DNA of 64,000 nt, from NCBI GenBank assembly GCA_050951605.1, contig JBMNJJ010000002.1, positions 494,661-558,660 of the forward strand. The letters are read 5' to 3'. Origin of the DNA: Peptococcia bacterium. Lineage in GTDB: Bacteria > Bacillota > Peptococcia > DRI-13 > DTU073. The notes below the pieces were generated by a model that worked only from the letters and a program-made list of their open reading frames with translations, was not told where the DNA came from and searched no databases. The number at the start of each line of letters is the position of its first letter. The first letter of the stretch is position 1. A program made the position numbers and the translations under genes. This document shows positions 9,037 through 18,218 of the stretch, one piece after another.

Positions 9037-10509
9037 GTGGAAAATATTTTTCGAGATATTGCCGAAAGGACGGGAGGTGATGTCTATTTAGGTGTTGTGG
9101 GACCTGTTCGTGTAGGAAAATCAACTTTTATTAAAAGGTTTATGGATCTATTAGTTATTCCTAATATTACTAATGACTATGATCGAGAAAGAACTATTGA
9201 TGAATTACCTCAAAGTGGTGCCGGAAGAACAATTATGACGACTGAACCTAAATTTATACCAAATGAGGCGGTGGAAATTCAAGTTAAAGAAGGACTTTCT
9301 GTAGCGGTAAGATTAGTGGACTGTGTAGGTTATACCATTCCCGGAGCTAGAGGTTATGAAGATGAAAATGGTCCACGTATGGTTAATACACCTTGGTCAG
9401 AAGAACCGATGCCTTTTCAAGAGGCAGCAGAAATAGGTACACGTAAAGTTATTACTGATCATTCAACTATTGGGGTAGTCGTGACTACAGATGGTAGTAT
9501 TACAGACCTTCCTCGAGAAAATTATCAGGAAGCCGAAGCGAGAATTGTAGAAGAGCTTAAGGCATTGAATAAGCCTTTTGTGGTGATTCTTAATTCGCTG
9601 AATCCTTATGACGTTTCTACAGTTGAGTTAGCTCAGGAATTAGAAAATCTTTATGAGGTTCCTGTTATTCCGCTTGATATTGTCCAATTGTCACAAGGTA
9701 CGATTATGCAAGTATTAGAGGAAGCACTTTTTGAGTTTCCGGTTACGGAAGTAAATGTTAGTTTACCTAAATGGATTGAGGAACTTAAATCTGAACATTG
9801 GTTGAGGAAAAAGTTTGAGAGTTCAGTTTATGAGATTATTAGTAAGGTTCGGCGCTTGAGAGATATTGACCAAGCAATGGAAACACTTTCTAAGCTTGAT
9901 TTTATAGGTGAAGTTGTTTTAGAGAGTATGGAGATGGGAACGGGAGTGGCTGCTTTAGAAATGACGGCTAAAGAAGGTCTTTTTTATGAAGCCATTAATG
10001 AAGCGACCGGTCTAGAGGTTACAGGGGAACATGATATTTTTCGTTTATTAAAAGAATTAAGTGCGGTAAAGATCGAATATGATAAAGTGGGCGAAGCTTT
10101 AGAAAAAGTTCGAGAAACCGGTTATGGTGTTGTTAATCCACTTGTTTCAGAGATGAATTTGGAAGAACCGGAATTGATAAAACAAGGTGGTCTTTTTGGT
10201 GTCAGATTAAAAGCAAGTGCTCCTTCATTGCATATTATTCGGGCAGATATTGCTGCCGAAATAACACCTTTGATGGGGACAGAGAGACAGTGTGCTGATT
10301 TAGCACGTTATATCACAGATAAATTTCAAGAAAATCCTTCACAAATTTGGAATTACGATATTTTTGGTAAATCTCTGCATGACTTAGTTAGGGAAAGTAT
10401 CCAGGGTAAATTACAAGCAGTACCGGAAAATGTGCAGGAAAAATTACAGGAAACTTTAAGGCGGATTGTGAATGACGGTAGTGGTGGGATTATTTGCATA
10501 ATCATTTAA
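9037..10509 (+). CDS. spoIVA: stage IV sporulation protein A (spore-coat basement-layer ATPase)
   Basis: IFRDIAERTGGDVYLGVVGPVRVGKSTFIKRFM Walker A N-terminus. About 490 aa, colinear with SpoIVA. GTG start after AAGGAGGGG. Confidence 0.95.
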   Translation: MENIFRDIAERTGGDVYLGVVGPVRVGKSTFIKRFMDLLVIPNITNDYDRERTIDELPQSGAGRTIMTTEPKFIPNEAVEIQVKEGLSVAVRLVDCVGYTIPGARGYEDENGPRMVNTPWSEEPMPFQEAAEIGTRKVITDHSTIGVVVTTDGSITDLPRENYQEAEARIVEELKALNKPFVVILNSLNPYDVSTVELAQELENLYEVPVIPLDIVQLSQGTIMQVLEEALFEFPVTEVNVSLPKWIEELKSEHWLRKKFESSVYEIISKVRRLRDIDQAMETLSKLDFIGEVVLESMEMGTGVAALEMTAKEGLFYEAINEATGLEVTGEHDIFRLLKELSAVKIEYDKVGEALEKVRETGYGVVNPLVSEMNLEEPELIKQGGLFGVRLKASAPSLHIIRADIAAEITPLMGTERQCADLARYITDKFQENPSQIWNYDIFGKSLHDLVRESIQGKLQAVPENVQEKLQETLRRIVNDGSGGIICIII

Positions 10510-10510
10510 A

Positions 10511-10537
10511 AGTCGGTTATTATGACCGACTTTTTTA
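10511..10537 (+). terminator. rho-independent terminator after spoIVA
   Basis: aagtcggt / accgactt stem, 7-nt loop, T6. Confidence 0.75.
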
Positions 10538-10655
10538 CCGAGTGAAAATATGCTTACTGTTTTCCTTTCGGTGCTTCTGTTTAGTTGTTATAATTAGGGT
10601 ACTGTCTTTGGGTTTTCGTATCTTCGGTCAGAACTTATTTTAATCTTAAAATAGG

Positions 10656-10684
10656 TTGATGTTCATAAGAGTTGGTGGTATAAT
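10656..10684 (+). promoter_or_regulatory. sigma-A-type promoter for the ACT-hom-thrB operon
   Basis: TTGATG, 17-nt spacer, TGgTATAAT (extended -10). Confidence 0.5.
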
Positions 10685-10738
10685 GTCTACCATACATAGA
10701 GAGATATCCACTCCGTGAGGACATCGAGGGGTTAGAAG

Positions 10739-11188
10739 ATGCGTAAGGAAAAATCAAAAAAATATTATATTGTAGATAAGAATATTCTCCCGGAAGCTAT
10801 TTTTAAGACGGCAATGGCGAAAGAGCTTTTAACAAAAGGTGAGGTTTTTACGGTAAATGAAGCTGTAAAAAAAGTAGGAATAAGTCGCAGTGCTTTTTAT
10901 AAATATCGTCAAGGCATTTTTCCTTTTTATGAAGCTAGTAAAGAAAAAATCATTACTGTTTCTTTGATTTTAGAGCATAAAACGGGAGTGTTATCTGAGG
11001 TATTAAATACAGTAGCCGAAATGCAGGGTAATATTTTAACTATTAATCAAGGCATACCTTTACAGAATATTGCTAATGCGACGTTAAGTATTGATACTAA
11101 AGATATTCAGGATGACCTTGATAATCTTGTTATTAAACTGCATCATTTACCGGGTGTAAAAAAAGTAGAAATAGTCGGTCAAAGTTAG
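10739..11188 (+). CDS. ACT-domain protein (UPF0735-like) with N-terminal HTH-like segment
   Basis: HTH-like VNEAVKKVGISRSAFYKYRQG, then an ACT-like ITVSLILEHKTGVLSEVLNTVAEMQGNILTINQ. Confidence 0.75.
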   Translation: MRKEKSKKYYIVDKNILPEAIFKTAMAKELLTKGEVFTVNEAVKKVGISRSAFYKYRQGIFPFYEASKEKIITVSLILEHKTGVLSEVLNTVAEMQGNILTINQGIPLQNIANATLSIDTKDIQDDLDNLVIKLHHLPGVKKVEIVGQS

Positions 11189-11198
11189 GAGGTTGTTT

Positions 11199-12491
11199 AT
11201 GAATAAAGTAAATGTAGCTATACTAGGGTTGGGAACCGTTGGTCAAGGTGTAGTGAAAATATTGCAAAATAATAAGGACCAGTGGGTTAAAAAATGTAAT
11301 GCTGAAATTAAGATTAAAAAAGTATTAGTTAAGGATTCTCAAAAAAAGCGTGAAGTAAGTTTACCTCCGGGAGTAATTACTTCTAATTGGCAGGAAATTG
11401 TTGCTGACCCTGAAATAAAAGTAATTATCGAATTGATGGGGGGAATAGAGCCTGCCCGGACATATATATTAGAAGCTTTAAAACAGGGTAAGCATATTGT
11501 GACTGCCAATAAAGACCTTTTAGCTGAATATGGAGAAGAAATCTTATCTACATGTAAAGAAGCAGACCGAGATTTATATTTTGAAGCAAGTGTAGGAGGT
11601 GGTATTCCACTTATCAATCCTTTGAAACAGAGCTTGATTGCTAATAATATAGAAAAGGTTATGGGGATTGTTAATGGTACGACTAATTATATTTTAACGA
11701 AAATGTCTAGTGAAGGTAAAAATTTCACTGAAGCTTTAAAAGAAGCACAAGTCCTTGGTTATGCGGAAGCTGACCCAACGGCAGATATTGAAGGGTTGGA
11801 TGCGGCACGTAAATTAGCTATTTTAGCTTCACTTGCTTTTCATACCCGGGTAAAGCTACAGGACGTTTATGTTGAAGGGATTACAAAAATTTCACCGGAG
11901 GACCTTGCTTATGCCCAAAAATTAGGTTATACGATTAAACTTTTAGGTATTGGTTTATCACAAGATAATCAAGTCGAGGTACGAGTTCATCCGGCCCTTA
12001 TTCCTTTAAGTCACCCCTTAGCTAATGTGAATGATTCTTTTAATGCTGTTTTTGTACAAGGTGACGCTGTAGGTGAGACAATGTTTTATGGCCGTGGTGC
12101 GGGACAGTTGCCTACGGCGAGTTCGGTTGTAGGAGATTTAATTGCTATAATTAAGGACATTATTACTAATAGTAGAGGACATTCAGTTTGCACTTGTTAT
12201 GAAACAAAAAAAATAAAACCGATGGGTGAAGTAAAAACGAATTATTTTTTACGTCTTCATGTTTTGGATCAGCCGGGGGTTTTGGCTGGTATTGCCAGTG
12301 TGTTTGGTGACCATGGAGTAAGTTTGGCTTCTGTAGTACAAAAAGGTCGCTTTCAGGACGTTGCTGAACTTGTAGTCATTACACATCAAGTTAAAGAAAA
12401 AGATATTCAGGATTCCTTGAAGATTATAAAAAAAATGAGTACAACCAAAGAAATTGTTAATTTAATTAGAGTTGAAGGGATGGGGTGCTGA
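11199..12491 (+). CDS. hom: homoserine dehydrogenase
   Basis: GLGTVGQGV NAD site, NGTTNYILT, C-terminal ACT domain. ATG 11199 sits 7 nt after AGGAGG. Confidence 0.9.
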   Translation: MNKVNVAILGLGTVGQGVVKILQNNKDQWVKKCNAEIKIKKVLVKDSQKKREVSLPPGVITSNWQEIVADPEIKVIIELMGGIEPARTYILEALKQGKHIVTANKDLLAEYGEEILSTCKEADRDLYFEASVGGGIPLINPLKQSLIANNIEKVMGIVNGTTNYILTKMSSEGKNFTEALKEAQVLGYAEADPTADIEGLDAARKLAILASLAFHTRVKLQDVYVEGITKISPEDLAYAQKLGYTIKLLGIGLSQDNQVEVRVHPALIPLSHPLANVNDSFNAVFVQGDAVGETMFYGRGAGQLPTASSVVGDLIAIIKDIITNSRGHSVCTCYETKKIKPMGEVKTNYFLRLHVLDQPGVLAGIASVFGDHGVSLASVVQKGRFQDVAELVVITHQVKEKDIQDSLKIIKKMSTTKEIVNLIRVEGMGC

Positions 12492-12498
12492 CCTAGCT

Positions 12499-13383
12499 AT
12501 GTTAAAAGTATGTGTTCCTGCTACTTCGGCTAATCTTGGTTCTGGTTTTGATTGTGTTGGAATTGCTTTAAATTTATATAATGAATTATATTTTTATAGG
12601 CAGGAGGAAAAAAAGATACCTTGTGGGACAACTTTATTGAGGCAGGGAAGTTTGGCTCATCGGGGAATGGAACTTGTTGCAGAGACTGTTGGTAAAAAAG
12701 TACCTGAGCTTAATATTGCTATTAAAACCAAAGTTCCTCGGTCCAGGGGTTTGGGTAGTAGTGCTACTCTCACTGTGGCAGGAATAGTGGCGGCAAATCT
12801 TCTTAGTGAAGCTAATTTAAAAGAAGAAGAAATAATTTCTTTAGCTACTAAAATTGAAGGTCATCCTGATAATGCTGCTCCTGCTCTCGTTGGTAGTTTA
12901 GTTATTTCCGTAACCTCTACGGAGGGAATTAAATATATTAAAGTAAAGCCGCAAAGTCCTCTTGGGGTAATTGTGGCTGTACCGGATTTTAAACTAGCTA
13001 CAGCTGCTGCGCGTAAAGTGTTACCTGCGGTAGTACCATATCAAGATGCAGTTTTTAACACTGGTCGGTTTGGCTTATTGATGACTTCATTTTTAACAGG
13101 AGAATATGAGTTGTTAAAGATAGCGATGGAGGATCGTCTTCATCAACCTTATCGTTTATCTTTAGTTCCCGGATTAAAGGAGGTAATGTCGGCGGTAATT
13201 TCTAAGGGAGCTTTAGGGAGCTGTCTTAGTGGGGCAGGACCATCGGTATTGGCTTTTTGTAATCAACAGGTGGATTTATTAAGAAAAGTTATGGAAGATA
13301 CTTGGCGAGAACATGGTGTATCTGCCAAAACATATTTATTAGAGATATCTGCTAAAGGAACGAAATACACTTATTACGACTAA
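12499..13383 (+). CDS. thrB: homoserine kinase
   Basis: VPATSANLGSGFD and GHMP motif PRSRGLGSSAT. The start is taken at ATG 12499. Confidence 0.9.
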   Translation: MLKVCVPATSANLGSGFDCVGIALNLYNELYFYRQEEKKIPCGTTLLRQGSLAHRGMELVAETVGKKVPELNIAIKTKVPRSRGLGSSATLTVAGIVAANLLSEANLKEEEIISLATKIEGHPDNAAPALVGSLVISVTSTEGIKYIKVKPQSPLGVIVAVPDFKLATAAARKVLPAVVPYQDAVFNTGRFGLLMTSFLTGEYELLKIAMEDRLHQPYRLSLVPGLKEVMSAVISKGALGSCLSGAGPSVLAFCNQQVDLLRKVMEDTWREHGVSAKTYLLEISAKGTKYTYYD

Positions 13384-13414
13384 TTTATTATTAATTTTAA
13401 GATCGTCTTATTCC

Positions 13415-13443
13415 TTGACAGTGATAAGTATGGATTATATAAT
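13415..13443 (+). promoter_or_regulatory. consensus sigma-A promoter for tRNA-Pro(GGG)
   Basis: TTGACA, 17 nt, TATAAT, ending about 13 nt before the tRNA 5' end. Confidence 0.6.
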
Positions 13444-13456
13444 ATGAATGTGGTTG

Positions 13457-13534
13457 CGGGGCGTAGCTCAGTTTGGCTAGAGCGCCATCTTGGGGTGGTG
13501 GAGGCCGCTGGTTCAAGTCCAGTCGCTCCGACCA
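13457..13534 (+). tRNA. tRNA-Pro (anticodon GGG)
   Basis: Hand-folded cloverleaf. Acceptor cggggcg/cgctccg, anticodon arm ccatc-ttGGGgt-ggtgg, T-loop ttcaagt, encoded CCA. Confidence 0.9.
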
Positions 13535-13565
13535 TTTATTTTTTAAAAAAATTGGCGAAAAGGAA

Positions 13566-13601
13566 AACCTAAATGCAGAATAATTGTATTTAGGTTTTTT
13601 T
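13566..13601 (+). terminator. rho-independent terminator after tRNA-Pro
   Basis: aacctaaat / atttaggtt stem followed by a T-run. Confidence 0.7.
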
Positions 13602-13614
13602 ATCAATTTTTTTG

Positions 13615-13642
13615 TTGACTTCATTTTAATATGTGCTAAAAT
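13615..13642 (+). promoter_or_regulatory. sigma-A-type promoter for speH
   Basis: TTGACT, 16 nt, TGcTAAAAT. Confidence 0.5.
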
Positions 13643-13684
13643 TTGTTTTGATTGGTTTTAAAAAGAATAAAGGGGGCATGGTAA

Positions 13685-14062
13685 ATGAATGCATTGGGCC
13701 GTCATGTGTTAGCCGAAATTTTTGGATGTTCGTTTGAGGTCCTTAATGATGTTAAAAAGGTTGAAGAAAACATGGTTAATGCGGCACTTGAAGCAGGCGC
13801 CGAGGTTAGGGAATATGTGTTTCATAAGTTTAGTCCTCAAGGAGTTAGTGGTGTGGTAGTAATTTCAGAGTCACATTTAGCCATACACACTTGGCCGGAA
13901 CTAGGATATGCAGCTGTTGATGTGTTTACGTGTGGGGAAAGAGTAAATCCTTGGGACGCTTGTAATTTTTTAGTAGAGAAGTTTAAGGCTGAATATATGA
14001 CTGCAAATGAAGTGAAACGTGGTTTAATAGAAGGAATACAACAACAAGCGGTAAATTTATAG
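13685..14062 (+). CDS. speH: S-adenosylmethionine decarboxylase proenzyme (small bacterial class)
   Basis: [11 protein letters not shown] and self-processing site [16 protein letters not shown]. About 125 aa. Confidence 0.9.
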   Translation: MNALGRHVLAEIFGCSFEVLNDVKKVEENMVNAALEAGAEVREYVFHKFSPQGVSGVVVISESHLAIHTWPELGYAAVDVFTCGERVNPWDACNFLVEKFKAEYMTANEVKRGLIEGIQQQAVNL

Positions 14063-14100
14063 GGAGGGGTATTTATTTTATACCGACGATGTAATTATTA

Positions 14101-14152
14101 AAACGCCAGCTTTGTTATCCAGAAGGGATATAAAGGTGGCGTTTTAATTTTT
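14101..14152 (+). terminator. long imperfect hairpin terminator after speH
   Basis: aaacgcca...tggcgttt outer stem with an extended inner stem, followed by ttttaattttt. Confidence 0.5.
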
Positions 14153-14218
14153 GTTATTTATATTTAGTTTTTCTAGAAAAAAGGTTATAATGGCAATAGG
14201 CGAAGGGAGGTGTACCGG

Positions 14219-14431
14219 ATGTTTTCCATAGGTGCTACAGAATTAATATTAATATTAGTATTAGTTTTAATACTTTTTGGACCTGGTAAACTTCCTGAAG
14301 TTGGTAGGTCATTGGGGAAAGCTTGGTCGGAATTTAAAAAAGCAAAAGAAGATTTTGAGAACGAGTTTAAAGATGATGAGCTTAAAAAATATGACTTTGA
14401 GGGAAAAGAGTCTGATGATGATTTGTCTTAA
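14219..14431 (+). CDS. tatA: twin-arginine translocase subunit TatA/E
   Basis: [35 protein letters not shown] (TM plus FGPxKLP hinge). ATG follows a GGGAGG RBS. Confidence 0.85.
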   Translation: MFSIGATELILILVLVLILFGPGKLPEVGRSLGKAWSEFKKAKEDFENEFKDDELKKYDFEGKESDDDLS

Positions 14432-14454
14432 GTTTAAAAAATTAGGTGAATAGA

Positions 14455-15166
14455 ATGGATGAAAAAAAGTTAACATTAATGGAACATTTAGAAGAGCTGC
14501 GGAGAAGGCTGATTATATCTTTGGTAGCTCTTTTTTTAGGTATGGTTTTTTCTTTTGTATTTTGGCAAGAGACAATTTTTTATTTATTGAAAGCACCTTT
14601 GCAGCAATTAGGACAGGAACTTGTGCTTCTTTCTGTTACGGAAGGGTTTATGTTGCAAATTAAGACAGCTTTTATCGGAGGTTTAGTTATAGCTTCGCCG
14701 GTTATTTTGTGGCAGTTAATTGCTTTTGTTTTGCCTGCTTTGTATAAAAAAGAAAGAAAGGTTTTCTGGTCTATTTTTCTTTCTAGTTTGCTTTTGTTTG
14801 TTTTGGGGATAGTTTTTGCTTATAAAGTTGTTCTTGTTTTAGGGCTTAAATTTCTTTTGGTTAATTTTAGTGGAGGCTTAACTCCCATGATTTCCGCGTC
14901 TAGATATTTAACTTTTATGCTTACGTTTTTATTTCCTTTTGGGATTGCCTTTGAGATACCAGTTGCTACTTATATCTTAACTAAAGTAGGAGTTTTAACA
15001 TCGAAAAAACTTCGGAAAGAAAAGACGTTATGTTATTTTGATTATTTTTATTATTGCTGCCTTTTTAACTCCTCCCGATGTAATTTCTCAGATTTTGTTA
15101 GCCTTGCCCATGTTATTATTATATGAAATAAGTATTTTCATCTCATTTTTTGTCGCTAAACGGTAA
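14455..15166 (+). pseudogene. tatC: twin-arginine translocase subunit TatC, interrupted by a +1 frameshift near 15016-15025
   Basis: The track ORF ends in nonsense (..KEKTLCYFDYFYYCC..). The +1 frame of the same bases reads RRYVILIIFIIAAFLTPPDVISQILLALPMLLLYEISIFISFFVAKR*, the canonical TatC C-terminus. Confidence 0.8.
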
Positions 15167-15258
15167 GTTTATCATGTTTTTGCAGGAGTTTTGCTTAGTA
15201 TAAAAGAATTAATAATATGTAAAATATGTTGAAAAAATAAAAAAGACAGAATGGTGCG

Positions 15259-16052
15259 ATGAATATGGATGCTTATGAACGATTTCTTTTAACCTTGATA
15301 CAAAAGTTGGACCTTGATTTATCAGGGTATAAAAGAAAGCAAATGGAAAGAAGAATTAATTCTCTTATGGGTATTTTAGGTTTTAATAATGATTATGATA
15401 AGTTTGTACAGGCAATGTTGAAAGATAAGCGAATTTATCATCGTTTTCTTGAGCATATCACGATTAATGTTTCGGAATTTTTTCGTAATCCTTCTCAATG
15501 GGAAATTTTAAGGGAAAAAATATTTCCTAAGTTGTTATCTGAGGAGAAGAGATTATATATATGGAGTGTAGGTTGTTCAACTGGGGAAGAAGTATATAGT
15601 TTAGCTATGACTTTGACTGAATTTTTTCCTATGCAGAGATATTCTATTTGGGCAACTGATTGTGATGATACTGTTTTACGAAAAGCAAAGGAAGGAGTTT
15701 ATTCCTCCAAAAGTATAAAAACTGTTCCTGATAAATATCTAAATAAATATTTTATTGTTGAAAATAAAACATATCATATAAAAGATGAATTAAAAAAGAA
15801 TATTACTTTTGGAAACCATGATATATTAAAAGATAAATTTCCTAAACAGATGGATTTTATTGTTTGCAGAAATGTAGTTATTTATTTTAAAGAAGAAATT
15901 AAAGATCAACTTTATTTTAAATTTTATGACTGCGTTACGACCTGGAGGTATTTTGTTTACGAGGTAGTACAGAACAAATTATTCAGGCTAAAGAGATGGG
16001 GTTTGAAACAGTTGCAGCATTTTTTTATAGGCGACCTCATAGAATTAAGTGA
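15259..16052 (+). pseudogene. cheR: chemotaxis protein methyltransferase CheR, with two +1 frameshifts near 15931 and 15962
   Basis: NVSEFFRNP and WSVGCSTGEEVYSLAM are in frame 1. The conserved ALRPGGILFT is in frame +1, and GSTEQIIQAKEMGFETVAAFFYRRPHRIK* is in frame +2. Confidence 0.8.
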
Positions 16053-16085
16053 GTTGTATAGATGAAGTAGGAGGATTGATGTCTT

Positions 16086-18207
16086 TTGCAAGATACCGTA
16101 TTTGTGTTAGATATTGGAACAAGGTCAGTGATTAGCACTTTTAGCTTCTCTACAAGAGGAAGAATTAGTTGTAGAGCATCTTATTTCCAGAGAACATCAG
16201 ACTAGAGCTATGCTTGATGGGCAAATTCATCATGTAGAGGAAGTAGTTCGAATAGTTGAGGAACTAGTGCAGGAAATGCAGCAAGTTACGGGGCGGGAAT
16301 TAAAAAAAGTAGCAGTCGCTGCAGCAGGAAGAACTTTAGAAACGGTTAAAGGTTCAGCTAAAATAGTTCATCCAGTCAGTACTGTTTTTACAAAAGAAGA
16401 AGTTCTCTCTTTAGAATTACAGGCTGTACAGGAAGCACAATTAGCTTTACCAAAAAATCAGGAAAATGTTCCTTTATCTTTGCAGTATTATTGTGTTGGT
16501 TACAGTATTGCGGAGGAACGTCTTGATAATGTTAAAATAGGTTCGTTAGTAGGACAAAGGGGTGAGGAAGCTCAGATTGAAATCATTGCTACTTTTTTGC
16601 CACGGATGGTTGTTGATTCTTTACAAATTGTGGTAGAGAGTGTGGGTTTAGAAATAGCTTCAATTACTTTAGAACCTATTGCCGTGGCTAATTTAGTTCT
16701 TAATCCGGCGATGCGCCGTCTGAATCTTGTTTTGGTTGATATAGGGGCAGGGACTTCTGATATTGCAGTTTGTGGAGGTAATTTTATTTCAGCCTTTGGG
16801 ATGGTACCGATGGCGGGTGATGAAATTACCGAGGCTATTTCGGAACAATATTTATTAGATTTTAATAGGGCCGAGGAGGTTAAACGGCAGCTGAACAGTA
16901 AACAGGAAATAAGTGCTGTTAGTATTTTGGGTAAAGAAGAGGTATATATGGCTGAAGAAATAAGACAAAACCTTCAACCTGGTATTGTAACACTGGCTTC
17001 AGCTATTGCGGAAACTATATTAGAGCTTAATAACAAACCTCCCCAAGCTTTACTTTTAGTGGGAGGAGGCAGTTTGACTTCAGGTTTAGACAAAAAACTG
17101 GCCGAGGCACTTAATTTGTCCGAAGATAGGGTCGCAGTACAACAGGCGAATAAAATTCAACGAGTTCATAATTTACCGGAAGAGTTTAGTGGTCCTAATT
17201 TTATTACTGTTTTAGCAATTGCTTATACGGCTTTGACTAATTCGACAATGAGTTTTATTACGGTATATATTAACGACCAACCTGTACGGATGTTGAATTT
17301 GGCCCAAAATAATGTGGCAGGGGCTCTTTTGGCCGGAGGATATAACTTAAAAGATGTATATGCTCGACCGGGAATGGCCCTTACTTGTGAAATTAATGGA
17401 AAAATATATTCTATACCTGGAGAAGAAGGAAAACCAGGAAAAATTTTGCTTAATGAACGGTTGGTAGAATTTAGTGAAGAAATAAAACATGAAGATAATA
17501 TTCGTTTTATTCCTGGTCAAAAAGGTCAGGATGCTGTGATTACTTTTGGTGAATTGTTAAAAGATCAGATAGGAATTTGTTATGTTAATGGTCAAGAAGT
17601 AGAACTTTTACCGGTAATTAAAGTTGAGGATAAAATAATGTCTACACAGGACTTTGTGGTAGATGGTTGTAAAGCCGAAATTGAAAGTAGTTATACTATT
17701 GAGGAAGTATTACAAAAAGCTGATCTCATTACCGGTGAAAATATGATTATAATAAATGGTAGAAAAGTAAATCTTTTAGAAATAGCAGAAATTACAAAAA
17801 ATGGTGAAAAGGCATCTTATAAAGAGCGGGTATTTCCCGGAGATGACCTTACTTATGCGGAATTATCAGAGCTATACATTAAGGATATTATAGTTGATGA
17901 ACCATTAATACATATTGAAGTGATGGTCAATGATTGCCCTGTAAAACTTGATTCTCTGCGGGTATGGTTAAATAAAACAAAAATAAATCCTCGTGAAGCC
18001 ATTTCTCTTCAAGACGGGGATGTTCTAGAATATCAAACTGAAGGATCGCTATATAAGCCGATTTTAGTAGATATTTTTAATGAAATAGATTTTTCGACAG
18101 AACCGCCACCAGGGAAGTCGAAACTTGTAATTTTACTTAATGGTGTAGAGAGAGAGTATACTTACCCTTTACAGCAAGGGGATAGAATCCAAATTCGTTG
18201 GGAATAA
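16086..18207 (+). pseudogene. FtsA/PilM-like actin-fold (ASKHA) ATPase with long repeat-containing C-terminal half; N-terminal frameshift near 16131-16135
   Basis: The phosphate-1 motif VFVLDIGTRSVI (from TTG 16086) is one frame away from the main ORF (LALLASLQEEELVVEH.. then track ORF 16210). The main ORF carries LVLVDIGAGTSDIAV and LLLVGGGS motifs. Confidence 0.7.
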
Positions 18208-18218
18208 TGAATTATGTA

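Noticed and set aside
13397-13624. Track ORF (-) of 75 aa.
   Set aside because: It overlaps tRNA-Pro(GGG) and its terminator, so it is an artefact of the tRNA sequence.
15013-15027. Programmed +1 ribosomal frameshift in tatC.
   Set aside because: I recognised no known +1 stimulatory context (slippery codon plus rare or stop codon). Similar lesions affect five other unrelated genes nearby, which favours error or mutation.
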